This document shows positions 52,433 through 64,000 of a DNA stretch of 64,000 nucleotides, piece by piece. Position 1 is the first letter of the stretch, and each line of letters begins with the position of its first letter. The position numbers and the translations under genes were made by a program. The stretch comes from Octopus vulgaris (Eukaryota): NCBI GenBank assembly GCA_951406725.2, contig OX597823.1, positions 27,776,001 through 27,840,000 on the forward strand, written 5' to 3'. The notes under the pieces are model-generated. The model had not been told where the DNA came from. It made no database searches and worked only from the letters and a program-made list of their open reading frames with translations.

Positions 52433-52747
52433 CTGTAAAGATCATGAACACTGTTCCTTCTTACAGATAAAAGAAATCTTTTTTTTTTTTTTTTAAAAAC
52501 AAAAACTAATGCTCATGTTTTTCTCCCTGACGCCACCAACTACAATAAGTGCGTAAGCCTCTAACAATGTGAGAAATCATCGTCACCGCCATCATCGTTG
52601 TCGCCGTCGTCGTGATCCTCATATTTACACATGAGAGATAAAGACGATAATACTGAAACGATATGCGAAGACAAAACACGGGGGGGGGGCTGTTTCAACT
52701 TTCAACCACACAACAGCTGTGAGAACACGGAAGTGTATTATGAGAAC

Positions 52748-53450
52748 GATGAGAGAGAGAGAGAGATAAAGACAGATAGATTTAGAGAGAAAGAGAGAGA
52801 GAGAGAGAAAGACAGATAGATTTAGAAAGAGAGAGATATAAAAACCAATAGATTTAGAGAGAGAGAGAGAGAGAGATAGATAAAGACAGGTAGATTTAGA
52901 GAGAGAGAGATAAAGACAGATAGATTTAGAGAGAAAGAGAGAGATAAAGACAGATTTAGAGAGAGAGAGAGAGATAAAGACAGGTAGATTTAGAGAGAGA
53001 GAGAGAGAGAGAAAGAGAGATAAAGGCAGATAGATTGAGAGAGAGAGAGATAAAGACAGATAGATTTAGAGAGAAAGAGAGAGATAAAGACATAGATTTA
53101 GAGAGAGAGAGAAAGAGAGATAAAGGCAGATAGATTTAGAGAGAGAGAGAGAGATAAAGACAGGTAGATTTAGAGAGAGAGAGATAAAGACAGATAGATT
53201 TAGAGAGAAAGAGAGAGATAAAGACATAGATTTAGAGAGAGAGAGAGATAAAGACAGGTAGATTTAGAGAGAGAGAGAGAGAGAGAGAGAGATAAAGGCA
53301 GATAGATTTAGAGAGAGAGAGAGATAAAGACAGGTAGATTTAGAGAGAGAGAGAAAGAGAGATAAAGGCAGATAGATTTAGAGAGAGAGAGAGAGAGAGA
53401 GAGATAAAGACAGATAGATTTAGAGAGAAAGAGAGAGAGAGACAGACAGA
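52748..53450. repeat. GA-rich minisatellite, unit approx. GATAGATTTA(GA)nTAAAGACA
   Basis: About 20 variable-length units. Confidence 0.95.
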
Positions 53451-53859
53451 ACTTATTTAAAGACCGTACTCCAGTGAAAGGAAGATGTTGTAGGAGTGTA
53501 CTTCAGGATAGAAAGAGATGAGAAATGTTACTTCAAGGGATGGGAGGTAAATAATTGCTAATATATATAATTGTATAAATAAACTTCCTATTTAGTCAGC
53601 CATCGTTTAATTTTCATTAGGAAACACCGCAACCACCAACGCAAACAGAATCTTCATCATACACACATCAAGCGTGTCTCTCTTTCTACAAAATTGTGGA
53701 CGCACGTTCATATACTCACCCGTGCGCGGCAAGCATAGCTGTAACTACAACGAACAAGATTTCAACATTTATAGCTGCAGGTCTTACATAGATCGTCTTA
53801 AAAAGAATGTACAAAACCAACTGAACTTGTAACTTAAACACAATAAATACAAGTTTTGC

Positions 53860-54175
53860 CGGCGCAAAACCTTCAAAAGTCACCTTGGATTTGGGCTTTT
53901 AATCACAACCTGGGTGACCTTGGAAATGTCTTCGTATTTTTCAAAAATCTGTTGAGAACAACTTTTGTTGACTTTAAAAGTGGCAGAAAAAACTTTAAAT
54001 TAATCCCAAGAAGACAGTCAACAATAGCAATCTTCTTGGTTACTCTAGACGAGGAAGTAGAGGGTGGCCCTCTTTTAGCAATTAATATCAAAGAGAGAGG
54101 TGAGTTAAAAAGGCGAACAACAAGCCTCGGGCTTTCGAACACAGCATAATTTTTCCTGACGAGCCAAGTTTTTAT
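53860..54175 (-). pseudogene. Possible CR1/Jockey-type LINE C-terminal remnant
   Basis: VRLFNSPL..KVVLNRFLKNTKTFPRSP resembles GPRLFNxLP..FKxxLDxFLxxIPDxP. Confidence 0.3.
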
Positions 54176-54806
54176 CAATTTTTAAATATTAGATCTACGT
54201 ATATGGGTGTGGAGATTATCTAGCCGATAGTTTGATGTAAACAAACAGCAATCAACAGTAAAAACTTGATGGTGTGTCTGTTATGGTTTGAGGTGCTGTC
54301 TAGAAAATTGGGAGATTAGATTTTATTTATTGTAGTGGTAACATTAATTAGTTCAGAGAAATATATTTCTCTTCTTGAAGACAAACTCAAATCAATATTC
54401 TCAAGTAGTCAAATTAAAGCAAAAAAAACCAAAAAAAAAACCCAGTTGTTTGTTCATAGACATAACTCAACTTCACACTGCTAAAACTACGAAAAGAAAT
54501 GAGAGGAACAAAAATAGTATTAAACAAACGATTTCTTTAGCCGAGTCAAGTTTCCTGACATGAACACCACAGAACACATGTGAATAATACCATACAAATA
54601 CTTCATGTTAAAAAAACAAAACAAAAAAAAAAACGGACAATACACAGCAACAGGACCAGAATTCTTAATAATCTATACTAGACATTGTCAGAAATATCAC
54701 CAAGGCGAATTAATTCTAAGCCCAGACGAGTTGCTAGTTTTAAAAGTTAAGCTAAAGGAACGTCAACCAAATATTAATACTGAAACCTTAATTACTCGAA
54801 TACTAA

Positions 54807-55188
54807 AGGCGGCGAGCTGGCAGAAACGTTAGCACGCCGGGCGAAATGCTTAGCGATATTTCGTCTGCCGCTACGTTCTGAGTTCAGATTCCGCCGAGGT
54901 CGACTTTGCCTTTCACCCTTTCGGGGTCGATTAATTAAGTATCAGTTACGCACTGGGGTTGATATAATCGACTTAATCCGTTTGTCTGTCCTTGTTTGTC
55001 CTCTCTGTGGGTAGTAAAGAAATAGGTATTTCGTCTGTCTTCATGTTCTGAGTTCAAATTCCGCCGAGGTCGATTTTGCCTTTCATGCTTTCAAGATCGA
55101 TAAATTAAATACCAGTTGCGTAACTGGGTCGATCTAATCGACTGGCCTCTTCCCCCAAAATTTCGGGCCTTGTGCCTAGAGTAGAAAA
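54807..55188 (+). mobile_element. SINE family A dimer
   Basis: Two units of the family A consensus. Confidence 0.85.
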
Positions 55189-55264
55189 ATATTTCGAACA
55201 TTAAATTTCCAAATATATTTATTGCAGAAAAGTCTTGATATCTATTTCTTACATATCACTGGGC

Positions 55265-55610
55265 GGAGGCGCAATGGGCAGCGGGATCGCTGTTTCGATT
55301 CCCAGACCGGGCGTTGTGAGTTTTTATTGAGCGAAAACACCTAAAACTCCATGAGGCTCCAGCGGGGGGGGGGGTTCTGTATTCTTTCGCCACAACTTTC
55401 TCTCACTCTTTCTTCCTGTTTCTGTTGTACCTGTATTTCAAAGAGCCAGCCTTGTCACACACTGTGTCACGCTGATTCTCCCCGAGAACTACGTTAGGGG
55501 TACACGTGTCTGTGGAGTGCTTAGCCACTTGCATGTTAATTTCACGAGCAGGCTGTTCCGTTGTGCGGATCAACTGGAACCCTCGTCGTCGTAACCGATG
55601 TAGAGCCACG
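55265..55610 (+). mobile_element. SINE family C
   Basis: Matches 6416-6798. Confidence 0.85.
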
Positions 55611-56619
55611 ACGACGACATATCTGGATCTATATACCCATACATAAAGTCATATTACTTACATAAACGTATACATGAGCATACACACAAACTGATTGAAT
55701 TTTACAAACTAACTGGGCCATAAATATGTTCTCCTTTTTCTTCATGTCTAAGTATTTCGTATACAACTGGCAAAGAAAGACATCTGCTGTACTGATAACG
55801 TCTCTAAAAGTAAAAACCTATGCCTACTGCTGTCATCTTTTCTCCAGACAATCATTCTGTTTTCTCCTTAATGGCACCTCACTTATCGAGAAATTCCTGA
55901 TTCTTGATATTATCTTCCTTTCTCCACCAGATGATTGTTTAACCTTTTCTAGAAGCGGAGATGTAATTTCAATAAATCAATGTCATGCTGTATGGTAATT
56001 AATACATTTTTCTTCAACTATGCTTTTTAAAGTCATGTCATTAACCACTGAGCCATTTCTGTTAGCGCATTTTTATCTCTATATAAGTGCAGGCATGGTC
56101 GTAGAGTTTAACAAGTTCCTTCTTTTGGATTCAATTCCTATTACTCAAGACCTTGGACAAATGTCTTCTACAACAGTCTGGAACTTATCAATGATTTATG
56201 AGGAAATTTGATGCTATAGCTTGACCTCTCTCTCTCTCTCTGTGTGTATGTGAACCACTGTTGCAGGAATCACGTCGCTCGCCAAAAATGGTAGCGACAG
56301 ATTAAGTATTAGACATAAAATAAATCCTACTGTCGAAGAATTGATCGATTAAACTCAACAAGGCGGTGACCCAACATGGCCGCAGTCCAAAGACAGAAAA
56401 AAAAGAATGAAAAAATAAATACATTTATATACATTATAGACATACATCTGAATATATACACAGATAAGCACGCAGACATATCTATCTGTCTGTCTGTCTG
56501 TCTATGATGACTCTACTCTATACTGTTTTCTCCTATCGTTTTCTCTCTCATCCATTCTCTAATTCCTTTTTCTCTTCATTGTTTTCTATCTCTCTCTCCC
56601 TCTTTCTCCTTTACACTCT

Positions 56620-57079
56620 CGTTGCTCACACGTGATCATCGTCTATCTTTCTTTTCCTCACGTGATCATCTTTTCTTTCAGGGCTGTCCTAAAGACTGGA
56701 CGTAACCTGTCTCTCTCTTACTTTTCTCTTGTCAAAGAAAATATTTCTCCAGCGTTCGCTATTTTACCCTCATTCTGGTCTAACGACCCTCCATGTTTGT
56801 TTTCGTTCGGTTTCCTTGTATGTCTCCACTGTCCTGTTTTTGTTCCTAACTTTCACCTCCATAAATCCCCTATTTATTTTGGTACTTATGGGAGCAACTA
56901 TCTTCGAAGACTCATATTGTCGTTCAGTGTCCGAAATGAGGAGTAGATAGACAGCCGACAACTGATGAAGGGTCGTTCTTTATGTTACTTGTCTTGTTTT
57001 CCATTTGTTTCTCTCGTTTGCGTATTGAACCCATTTCTTTTCGCATTTCATGTTGTTCACTGTTGGTGACGTCCTCTAC

Positions 57080-57082
<3 letters not shown>
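56620..57082 (+). mobile_element. Probable Penelope-like terminal repeat fragment ending at (TA)n
   Basis: Pyrimidine-rich, HHR-like motifs at 56898-56972 (GAAA..TA, CTGATGA), terminates at (TA)n like the 63 kb element. Confidence 0.35.
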
Positions 57083-57145
<63 letters not shown>

Positions 57146-57260
57146 GTCGTACAACGAAGCACCATTGTTTACTGAAAATAGCAGTCGATGCATTTACGAC
57201 GTCATAGTAAAGCTTCAATGTGTATATACTGGCAAAGACGTGTGAGAGCAGCAAACAAAG

Positions 57261-58392
57261 TGTTACGGAACGGACTGGAATCGCCCGTCGTCGCACGTCC
57301 CGAACGGCTCGCACACTAGTTCCGCCACGGAACCCAAAGAGGCGGAGAGAGGAGATACAGATAGATACTGCCACAACCTCAACAGCACAGAGATACAGAG
57401 GCACAACCCGAGATACAACCCAAAGAGGCAAGGCAACAACTGGCAACACTGGCTTATATTCAAACAACAGTTTATACGGCAATTACAATGTTACAACATC
57501 AAGATACATCAAAGCATGCACGTGACTACTCAATACATAATACAACATCATGTAACAATATATCAGTCCGGAGACGCAACAAGTCATATACAGTATTTCA
57601 AAGGTACACGTCCGAAGACACAGTTCTCTAAAGTCTCTTTTTCTAAACATCACAAATAACAAGTCCTTTACTCTTCTTCTTCACAATGTCCTTTATCGAC
57701 CACATCGACAGAGTCCTTGACTGTTCAATACACAAATCACATACCTCAGTTCCTAATTGAATCTGCCAGTGTCCCATTCCTCTGAATACTGCTAATTCCC
57801 TTCTGTGCCGCCAAGCTTTCTCGCATCCAACTTGCTCCTAAGAATTCCAACGCTTGTTCCTTAAATCCAAGGTTCCATCCACTCGCTCTGACCTCCAGAG
57901 TCCGTCCGTATTCCTCGACGACCGCTCAACGACTGCCCAGAACCTCACTTCCTTGTCCTGACTTCCACTCCCTCATCTCCCTCTGTCTATATCGCTCCTA
58001 CCCTTTCTAACTGCTCTCTGATTCCTTACTCTATCTATATCGCCTCAATCCCTTAGCCTCTCTATCTGTCCCTTACTGCTTATCCTTTCTATTTGCCCTC
58101 TGCTCTTACTCTATCGCTATCGCCTGCCAGACTCTTAGTCTCTCCATCCGTTCCTTACTGCTTATACTCTATCTCTATTTGCTCTCAGCCCTTAATCTGT
58201 CCCTTTTCTTTCACATTCTCCTGACCCTCTTCTCAGCCGCACGAGGTCACAGGTCATTCCAAAACCCATTAGTCCTCCATTAGACAAAAGACTGTCACAT
58301 TTTCACCAGACATACTGGAACCATATCCACGATGTGGGTCACCAGAAACACTACACTAATTAAACCCGAAATGCACTTAGCCAACCGTAACA
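57261..58392. mobile_element. Solo LTR (Ty3/Gypsy-like), 1132 bp
   Basis: TGTTACGG...CCGTAACA inverted termini (TG..CA) with 4-bp TSD AAAG on both sides. Confidence 0.8.
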
Positions 58393-58453
58393 AAAGCAAA
58401 AATTGTCTGTTCTCTTGGAAGAACATTATAAAAATGGACAACCAGAATCGGAT

Positions 58454-58528
58454 AATCCAGTACCTAGGTTTCAGACTCTTCAAATACGTTTGTCATCATA
58501 AATTTGATTAGTCTTCATCAGCTGGATT
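58454..58528 (-). ncRNA. Type I hammerhead ribozyme with intact core and palindromic stem III
   Basis: Minus strand: aatccag-CTGATGA-agact-aa-tcaaat..atttga-ag-agtct-GAAA-cctagg-TA-ctggatt. 7-bp stem I, GUA cleavage triplet. Confidence 0.8.
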
Positions 58529-58801
58529 TACCTGGACAATATTTCAAATGTTGCTACATCAATGCCAGTATACTCGCCTGAACACTTAGCCGTTAATAGA
58601 CCGAGAACAGCGAAAATATTTTCAATGAAGAGTAAAATATTGCAATACAAATGTATTACTTCCAGTAAAATAATGCACCGTAAAGGTAGAAGTATAAATA
58701 TAGAGTAGTGGTACAACACACCACACACATCTATCCATATACGCATACATACAAACAGATAAGCATATATATGTGTGTGTGTGTGTGCATATATTATATA
58801 T

Positions 58802-59030
58802 ATTTCTTTACTACCCACAAGGGGCTAAACATAGAGGGGACAAACAAAGACAGACAAAGGGATTAAGTCGATTACATCGACCCCAGTGCGAAACTGGTAC
58901 TTAATTTATCGACGCCGAAAGGATGAAAGGCAAAGTCGACCTCGGCGGAATTTGAACTCAGAATGTAACGACAGACGAAATACGGCTACGCATTTCGCCC
59001 GGCGTGCTAACGTTTCTGCCAGCTCGCCGC
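58802..59030 (-). mobile_element. SINE family A monomer
   Basis: Matches the family A consensus. Confidence 0.85.
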
Positions 59031-60050
59031 CCATATATTATATATATACATGGTATTGCAAGCAAGCAAGCGCGCACACAGAAAGTTTGTAATGGAAACG
59101 GAGTGTGAAGACAAACCAAATTTGGAAGCTGTTCCCATCCCTACCTCCCTAAATCTCTCAACAAGACAAACACATGCTTTATTATTCACAACTGTTTGTC
59201 TATATTATTACTCATCTCGTTTCTCATCATTTATAATTGCTTTTCCTCGTAGACAGATACGATGTTTTAAGGTCTAGGAAGGGGGAAGAACTATAAAATG
59301 AGGTGGTCGTGGTTTCCATTCGTTACTGTGTAGGTTTTAATTTCGTCATTTCCGCTAATGCGATTACTGTTCAAATGGTCAAATATTGTAACGATCTGGA
59401 GAAAGCAGAGGAGAGAATATGCCGTAAATACACAGGATGGCAGGCGCGCACACACACATACAAACACACGCATAAGATAAAACACAAAATTTTATGCGCC
59501 AACGCAACAGAATATCTCTATCCTCCATTTGTCGCTTCGGCCCTTTCATATCAACCTGTCCGAAAACTGGCCTGGTTCTATGATAGCAACTCCCTGTTTT
59601 AACGTAATCCGAATCTTTTTTTTCTTCAGAAATGTAAATAAACCCAATCTGTTCCTTACACGAGGGACATTTTCATACGGCGCAGAATGTGTTCACCTCA
59701 ATAGACGTCAGTGATTGGTTGAAGTTGCAGAAATTGAAGAAAAAAAAACAACAAATATCTTACAAACTATAGAATTTTCTCAATAAAGCCAAGAGAAAAA
59801 GATGTTTTATAAACCCGCCATCAAAATTTGATATTAATTCAAGTTCCAAACACCAGCTTAAGAATGACAAAGTTATTTTACTAAATTAGAAAATCTTAAG
59901 AGATGAGAGTCGTAACTATATTAACAAGTAAAGTTAATCGCTAGCTTTCTTATAGATGCAGCTTGCTGGAGAATGATAGGGGTTCACTCTCCTGCTTGCA
60001 ATATATACGGGATGGAGGCTGCACCTATAACCAGCTGACGGAAGAAGATC

Positions 60051-60462
60051 GGATCTTTTCGGTTTGAACGTCAGTTTTTTTTTAATAATTTCCACGTAAC
60101 TAAATACTTTTAAACTTCGTATACTGGTAGAATGTGTTTATAAAACATCTTTTTCTCTTGGCTTTATTGAGAAAATTCTATAGTTTGTAAGATATTTGTT
60201 GTTTTTTTTCTTCAATTTCTGCAATTTCAACCAATCAATTACGTCAATTGAGGTAAAAAACATTCTGTGCCGTATGAATTTGTCCCTCGTTTAAGAAACA
60301 GATTGGGTTTATTTACATTTGTGAAGAAAAAAAAGATACCCTTCCCCCCACCCCTAACCCTAAAACAGATTGAAATGTAATAGATCGATACTAGGGTCAT
60401 AATTATGGGTGACAATTTCATATGACACCGCTAGAAAAACTGCCGTTCAAACCGAAAAGATC
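60051..60462 (-). mobile_element. Second copy of the 29025 MITE in opposite orientation; partial third copy at ~59610-59813
   Basis: Same TIRs and internal sequence. Confidence 0.85.
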
Positions 60463-61559
60463 TCCCTTCGGTTAAAAGATCTCCCTTCGGTTAAAAAGGT
60501 AGTAACATTGAATAGCCGTATTGATGAGGTGATTATTTTTACTAATTTTACTCAATTTTGAAACAACATATACGCCAACAACAAAAAAACGCTAGCTGCG
60601 GACTCGTTGCTCTATAGGTCTTTTAAACACCGGTGCGCTTTATGTGTGGATAAAAGACCGATGTCGGGCAATTGAATAAATATATGTAAATAATATTTCT
60701 TCTTTCTCAATGTTGATTCTTCGAATAGAGTGGTGACATTTAGTAGAGATGACCCGGAAGTTGTTCCTCTTCGATTACTATCGCAAACAGCAGTAGCTTT
60801 CTTCAACCGAATGTTGATTGGTTGAGATTACCCAAATACAACAACTTAAATTTTTGAATATTACTTTAAAATTTTTACAAATGATTGGAATGAAAAAAAA
60901 TAATTGTTAAAACTCCTTTATTTCAAGTAGAGATGGAAATACTCGATGTCGTATAAATAGGACACTGAGACAATGTGATATAGCTTATTTAATGTTCTCA
61001 TTTAGTGTCCTATTTATAGGACAGTGGGACTCAATGGGTTAACAATAAATAACTTCTAAAATACGAAATTTTGTTAAAAACGTTCAGAGAAAACCGTGTT
61101 CTACGTGAGGAATTCTACCCGTATTCAAAGTTTCAAACTGTTTAGTTAAAAAAGGTTAATTAAAAAAAAATCTGTGATTGAAACTGAATTGATCCCTAAA
61201 TTTTTTTTATTATATTCAGTAATAATTGAAATAAAGGTAGTTTACTTCAACAGAACTATGGTAACAAAAGGGTTAGATGAAGCCTGGCTTGGTTTCTGTC
61301 CTGCTGAACTTAGGTAGAGAGTACTCACTGTTTTGAGCCCAGGCATTTTACTTACCTCATCTCCTTTCACATCCCCCCCCCATCTGCTTCTCTTCCTCCC
61401 ACACTGTACTGTGTCTATCAGACATTCAGGTGTTGCTCCATCATGGCCTTAGAGATAATGGATATAACAAACAAAAGTAAGAAGTGAAGAAATCAGAACC
61501 TCTTTCTCTCTTTTTTTTCCTCCCGCCCCTCTTTTTACAGAGACGATCCCTCTTTTTGA

Positions 61560-61586
61560 TAGACGGAAAGTGAAAGAAGTCTGTCG

Positions 61587-61653
<67 letters not shown>

Positions 61654-61878
61654 GTGTGTATGTCTTTGTGTTTGTGTTTGTCTCTCCCCATCACCACTTG
61701 ACAACCGGTGTTGGTGTGTTTACGTCCTCATAACTTAGCGGTTCGGTAAAAGAGGTCCGATAGAATAAGTATCAGGCTTAAGTAATAAATACTGGGGTCC
61801 ATCGATTGGACTAAAAATTCAAGGCGGTGCCCCAGCATGGCCACAGTCTAATGATCGGAAGAGGTAAAACAATAAAAG
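61560..61878 (+). mobile_element. SINE family B 3' part; similar fragments at 27035-27240, 31580-31755, 32905-33305, 51950-52140, 56090-56400
   Basis: GGTGTGTTTACGTCC.CATAACTTAGCGGTTCGG..GGTGCCCCAGCATGGCC. Confidence 0.7.
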
Positions 61879-61964
61879 ATTACGATTCACTTTTTCTTTC
61901 ACGCTCTGTCTGTCTGTGTGCCTACCTGTCTGTCTGTCTCAGTCTCTTTGTCTGCCTCTCTCGT

Positions 61965-62510
61965 TCACACACACACACACACATATACACACGCATATAC
62001 ACACATACGCATGCACGCATACACACATACACACGCATACGCACACATTCACATACTATACACACATGCACACAAAACATACACACACGCACACGAATAC
62101 ACACACACACTACACACAGATGCACACATTCACACACACACACTACACACATACATACACACATTCACACACACACACACACGCGTACCAGTCCGTTCAA
62201 GATGTATTTATTTGTTCAAATACTGCTTGTCTTCATAGAAATGTAAAATATAAGGAAATGCACTCGAGTGACAAGAACTACTACTACTAATACTACTACT
62301 ACTATTACTACTACTATTACTACTACTACTACTACTACTACTACAAGCACCACCACCACTACTACTACTACTATACCACTACCACCACCACCACCACCAC
62401 CACTACTACTACCACTACATCTACGCATTCGGCACCGTATTCATTGCCACCACTGTCTCCATCACCCTCTCCATCAAAGTCATCATCGTCATCATCATCA
62501 TCATCAACGG
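61965..62510. repeat. (CA)n-like, (ACT)n, (ACC)n and (CAT)n microsatellite cluster
   Basis: Direct inspection. Confidence 0.9.
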
Positions 62511-62878
62511 ACAAACTATCCAATTTAGTATTCTTAAGAGACCTCTTAGCCATGTTTAGAAATCTCATTTCTCAAGTTTATCCCTCACCCCCGCCCTCTA
62601 CTTACAACACTACACACCACACCTTACACTACGCCACAGCACAGCTCCCCCACCCCACACTCGACCACATCAGACCACGTTTCAAACAGCATCACCCCCA
62701 CCCACCCACCCACCCACCAGTACCTTACCACTTTTGGTAAAGAACTGGTTCGTTGTTTTTTGACTTCGGAAATATTTCTCTTTAATTTATAAACACACGT
62801 GTGCGCGCGCGCTCACTCACACACACACGTACACGTACACGTGTGTGTATGTATATACATGTAAACATACATACACAC

Positions 62879-62920
<42 letters not shown>

Positions 62921-62975
62921 ATATACATATGTATATATTCATACGTATACATACATACATATACATATATATATA

Positions 62976-63136
62976 GTTAATCCAAACAAGAAAGCACAAA
63001 AAAACACAACGCGAGGACGTGGAACAAATATAGTATTATTGGACGCTAAGGAAAGAAGAAGGGTTTAACGTTTCGAGCGGAGCTCTTCGTCGGAAACATA
63101 GAAGGAAAGATCCAGAGAAGGGAAGATAGAGGAAAA
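62976..63136 (-). mobile_element. Penelope-like element terminal fragment inserted in a (TA)n/(TACA)n tract
   Basis: Pyrimidine-rich leader, minimal HHR and tail, with TA microsatellite on both sides. Confidence 0.55.
63063..63097 (-). ncRNA. Minimal type I hammerhead motif (CCGACGA core variant) in a short Penelope-like terminal repeat
   Basis: Minus strand: gttt-CCGACGA-a-gagc-tcc-gctc-GAAA-cg-TT-aaac. Confidence 0.65.
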
Positions 63137-63256
63137 ATATATATATATATATATACATACCTATATATATATACATACATATATATATACATATATATAT
63201 ATATATACATACACACACACACACACACACACTATATATATATATATATATATATA

Positions 63257-63288
<32 letters not shown>

Positions 63289-63490
63289 CATACATACATA
63301 TACACATATATATATATATATATACATACATATACACATATATATATATATACATACATATACACATATATATATATATATACATACATATACACATATA
63401 TATATATATATATACATACATATACACATATATATATATATATATACATACATATACACATATATATATATATATACATACATATACACA

Positions 63491-63526
<36 letters not shown>

Positions 63527-63566
63527 CATACATATACACACACATATATATATATATACATACATA

Positions 63567-63597
<31 letters not shown>

Positions 63598-63762
63598 ACA
63601 TACACATATATATATATACATACATACACATATATATATATATATACATACATACACACATATATATATATATATACATACACACATACATACACATATA
63701 TATATATAAATACATATATATACACACATACATATGCATATATATATATATATATATATATA
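63137..63762. repeat. (TA)n/(TACA)n compound satellite
   Basis: Direct inspection; source of spurious Y/I/V/C/M ORFs. Confidence 0.95.
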
Positions 63763-64000
63763 AATACAGTAATAATAAAAGGGTGAAATTAATTAATTAG
63801 GGATAATTATCAATTACACCAAGTAGATTTCGGTATGTAAAAGCCCCATTCGGGGAAAATTTAAGTAATACTAAGTAATGAAGGGTTTAGCAACGAATTG
63901 CCTCACCAACACACCGAATTTAGAAATAGCAGTCAAAGAGATATAGCTATTCCTTCTACTAAAAGGGGAGAAGGAATAGCTATATATTTCTAATTCTGTG

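Larger units (their letters stand above)
57142..58717 (-). mobile_element. HHR-bearing retrozyme/Penelope-like terminal repeat unit (~430 nt) interrupted by a solo LTR
   Basis: Terminal direct repeat AGTAGTCGTACAAC (57142) / AGTAGTGGTACAAC (58704). Contains the intact HHR and abuts (TA)n. Confidence 0.55.

Noticed and set aside
52748-53450. CRISPR-like repeat/spacer periodicity
   Set aside because: The spacers are just (GA)n; this is a eukaryotic minisatellite and there are no cas genes
57057-57525. ORFs of 101-141 aa near the LTR
   Set aside because: They span (TA)n and the LTR boundary, with no gag/pol motifs
60900-61275. piggyBac-like GGGTTAA ends
   Set aside because: Matching left ends and TTAA TSDs could not be identified confidently
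61827-62740. His/Thr/Pro-rich ORFs
   Set aside because: (CA)n, (ACT)n and (ACC)n repeats
63036-63739. Long ORFs (165-229 aa) rich in Y/I/V/C/M
   Set aside because: Translations of (TA)n/(TACA)n satellite

Overview
AT-rich eukaryotic non-coding DNA, intronic or intergenic. It is dense in microsatellites and tRNA-derived SINEs, which suggests a coleoid cephalopod, most likely Octopus (inference). No intact protein-coding gene is visible. The listed ORFs are microsatellite read-throughs or decayed transposon fragments (mariner/Tc1, hAT, Merlin-like, RTE, R4/Dong-like and other LINEs). The window also holds a Helitron, a Gypsy-type solo LTR and many MITEs. The most notable signal is a set of type I hammerhead ribozyme (HHR) motifs in several unrelated small repeat families. 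One family joins a tRNA-like Pol III head, an (AAT)n spacer and a minimal hammerhead, and always occurs as an inverted (fold-back) insertion: HHR-bearing copies at about 18.9-19.3 kb and 49.0-49.3 kb (the latter with a 13-bp TSD) and a head-only 70-bp palindrome at 4.7 kb. A second family has an HHR with an intact core at 58454-58528(-) in a ~430-nt terminally redundant unit. These look like Penelope-dependent retrozyme/SINE hybrids. All calls were made by eye, without database searches or folding software.
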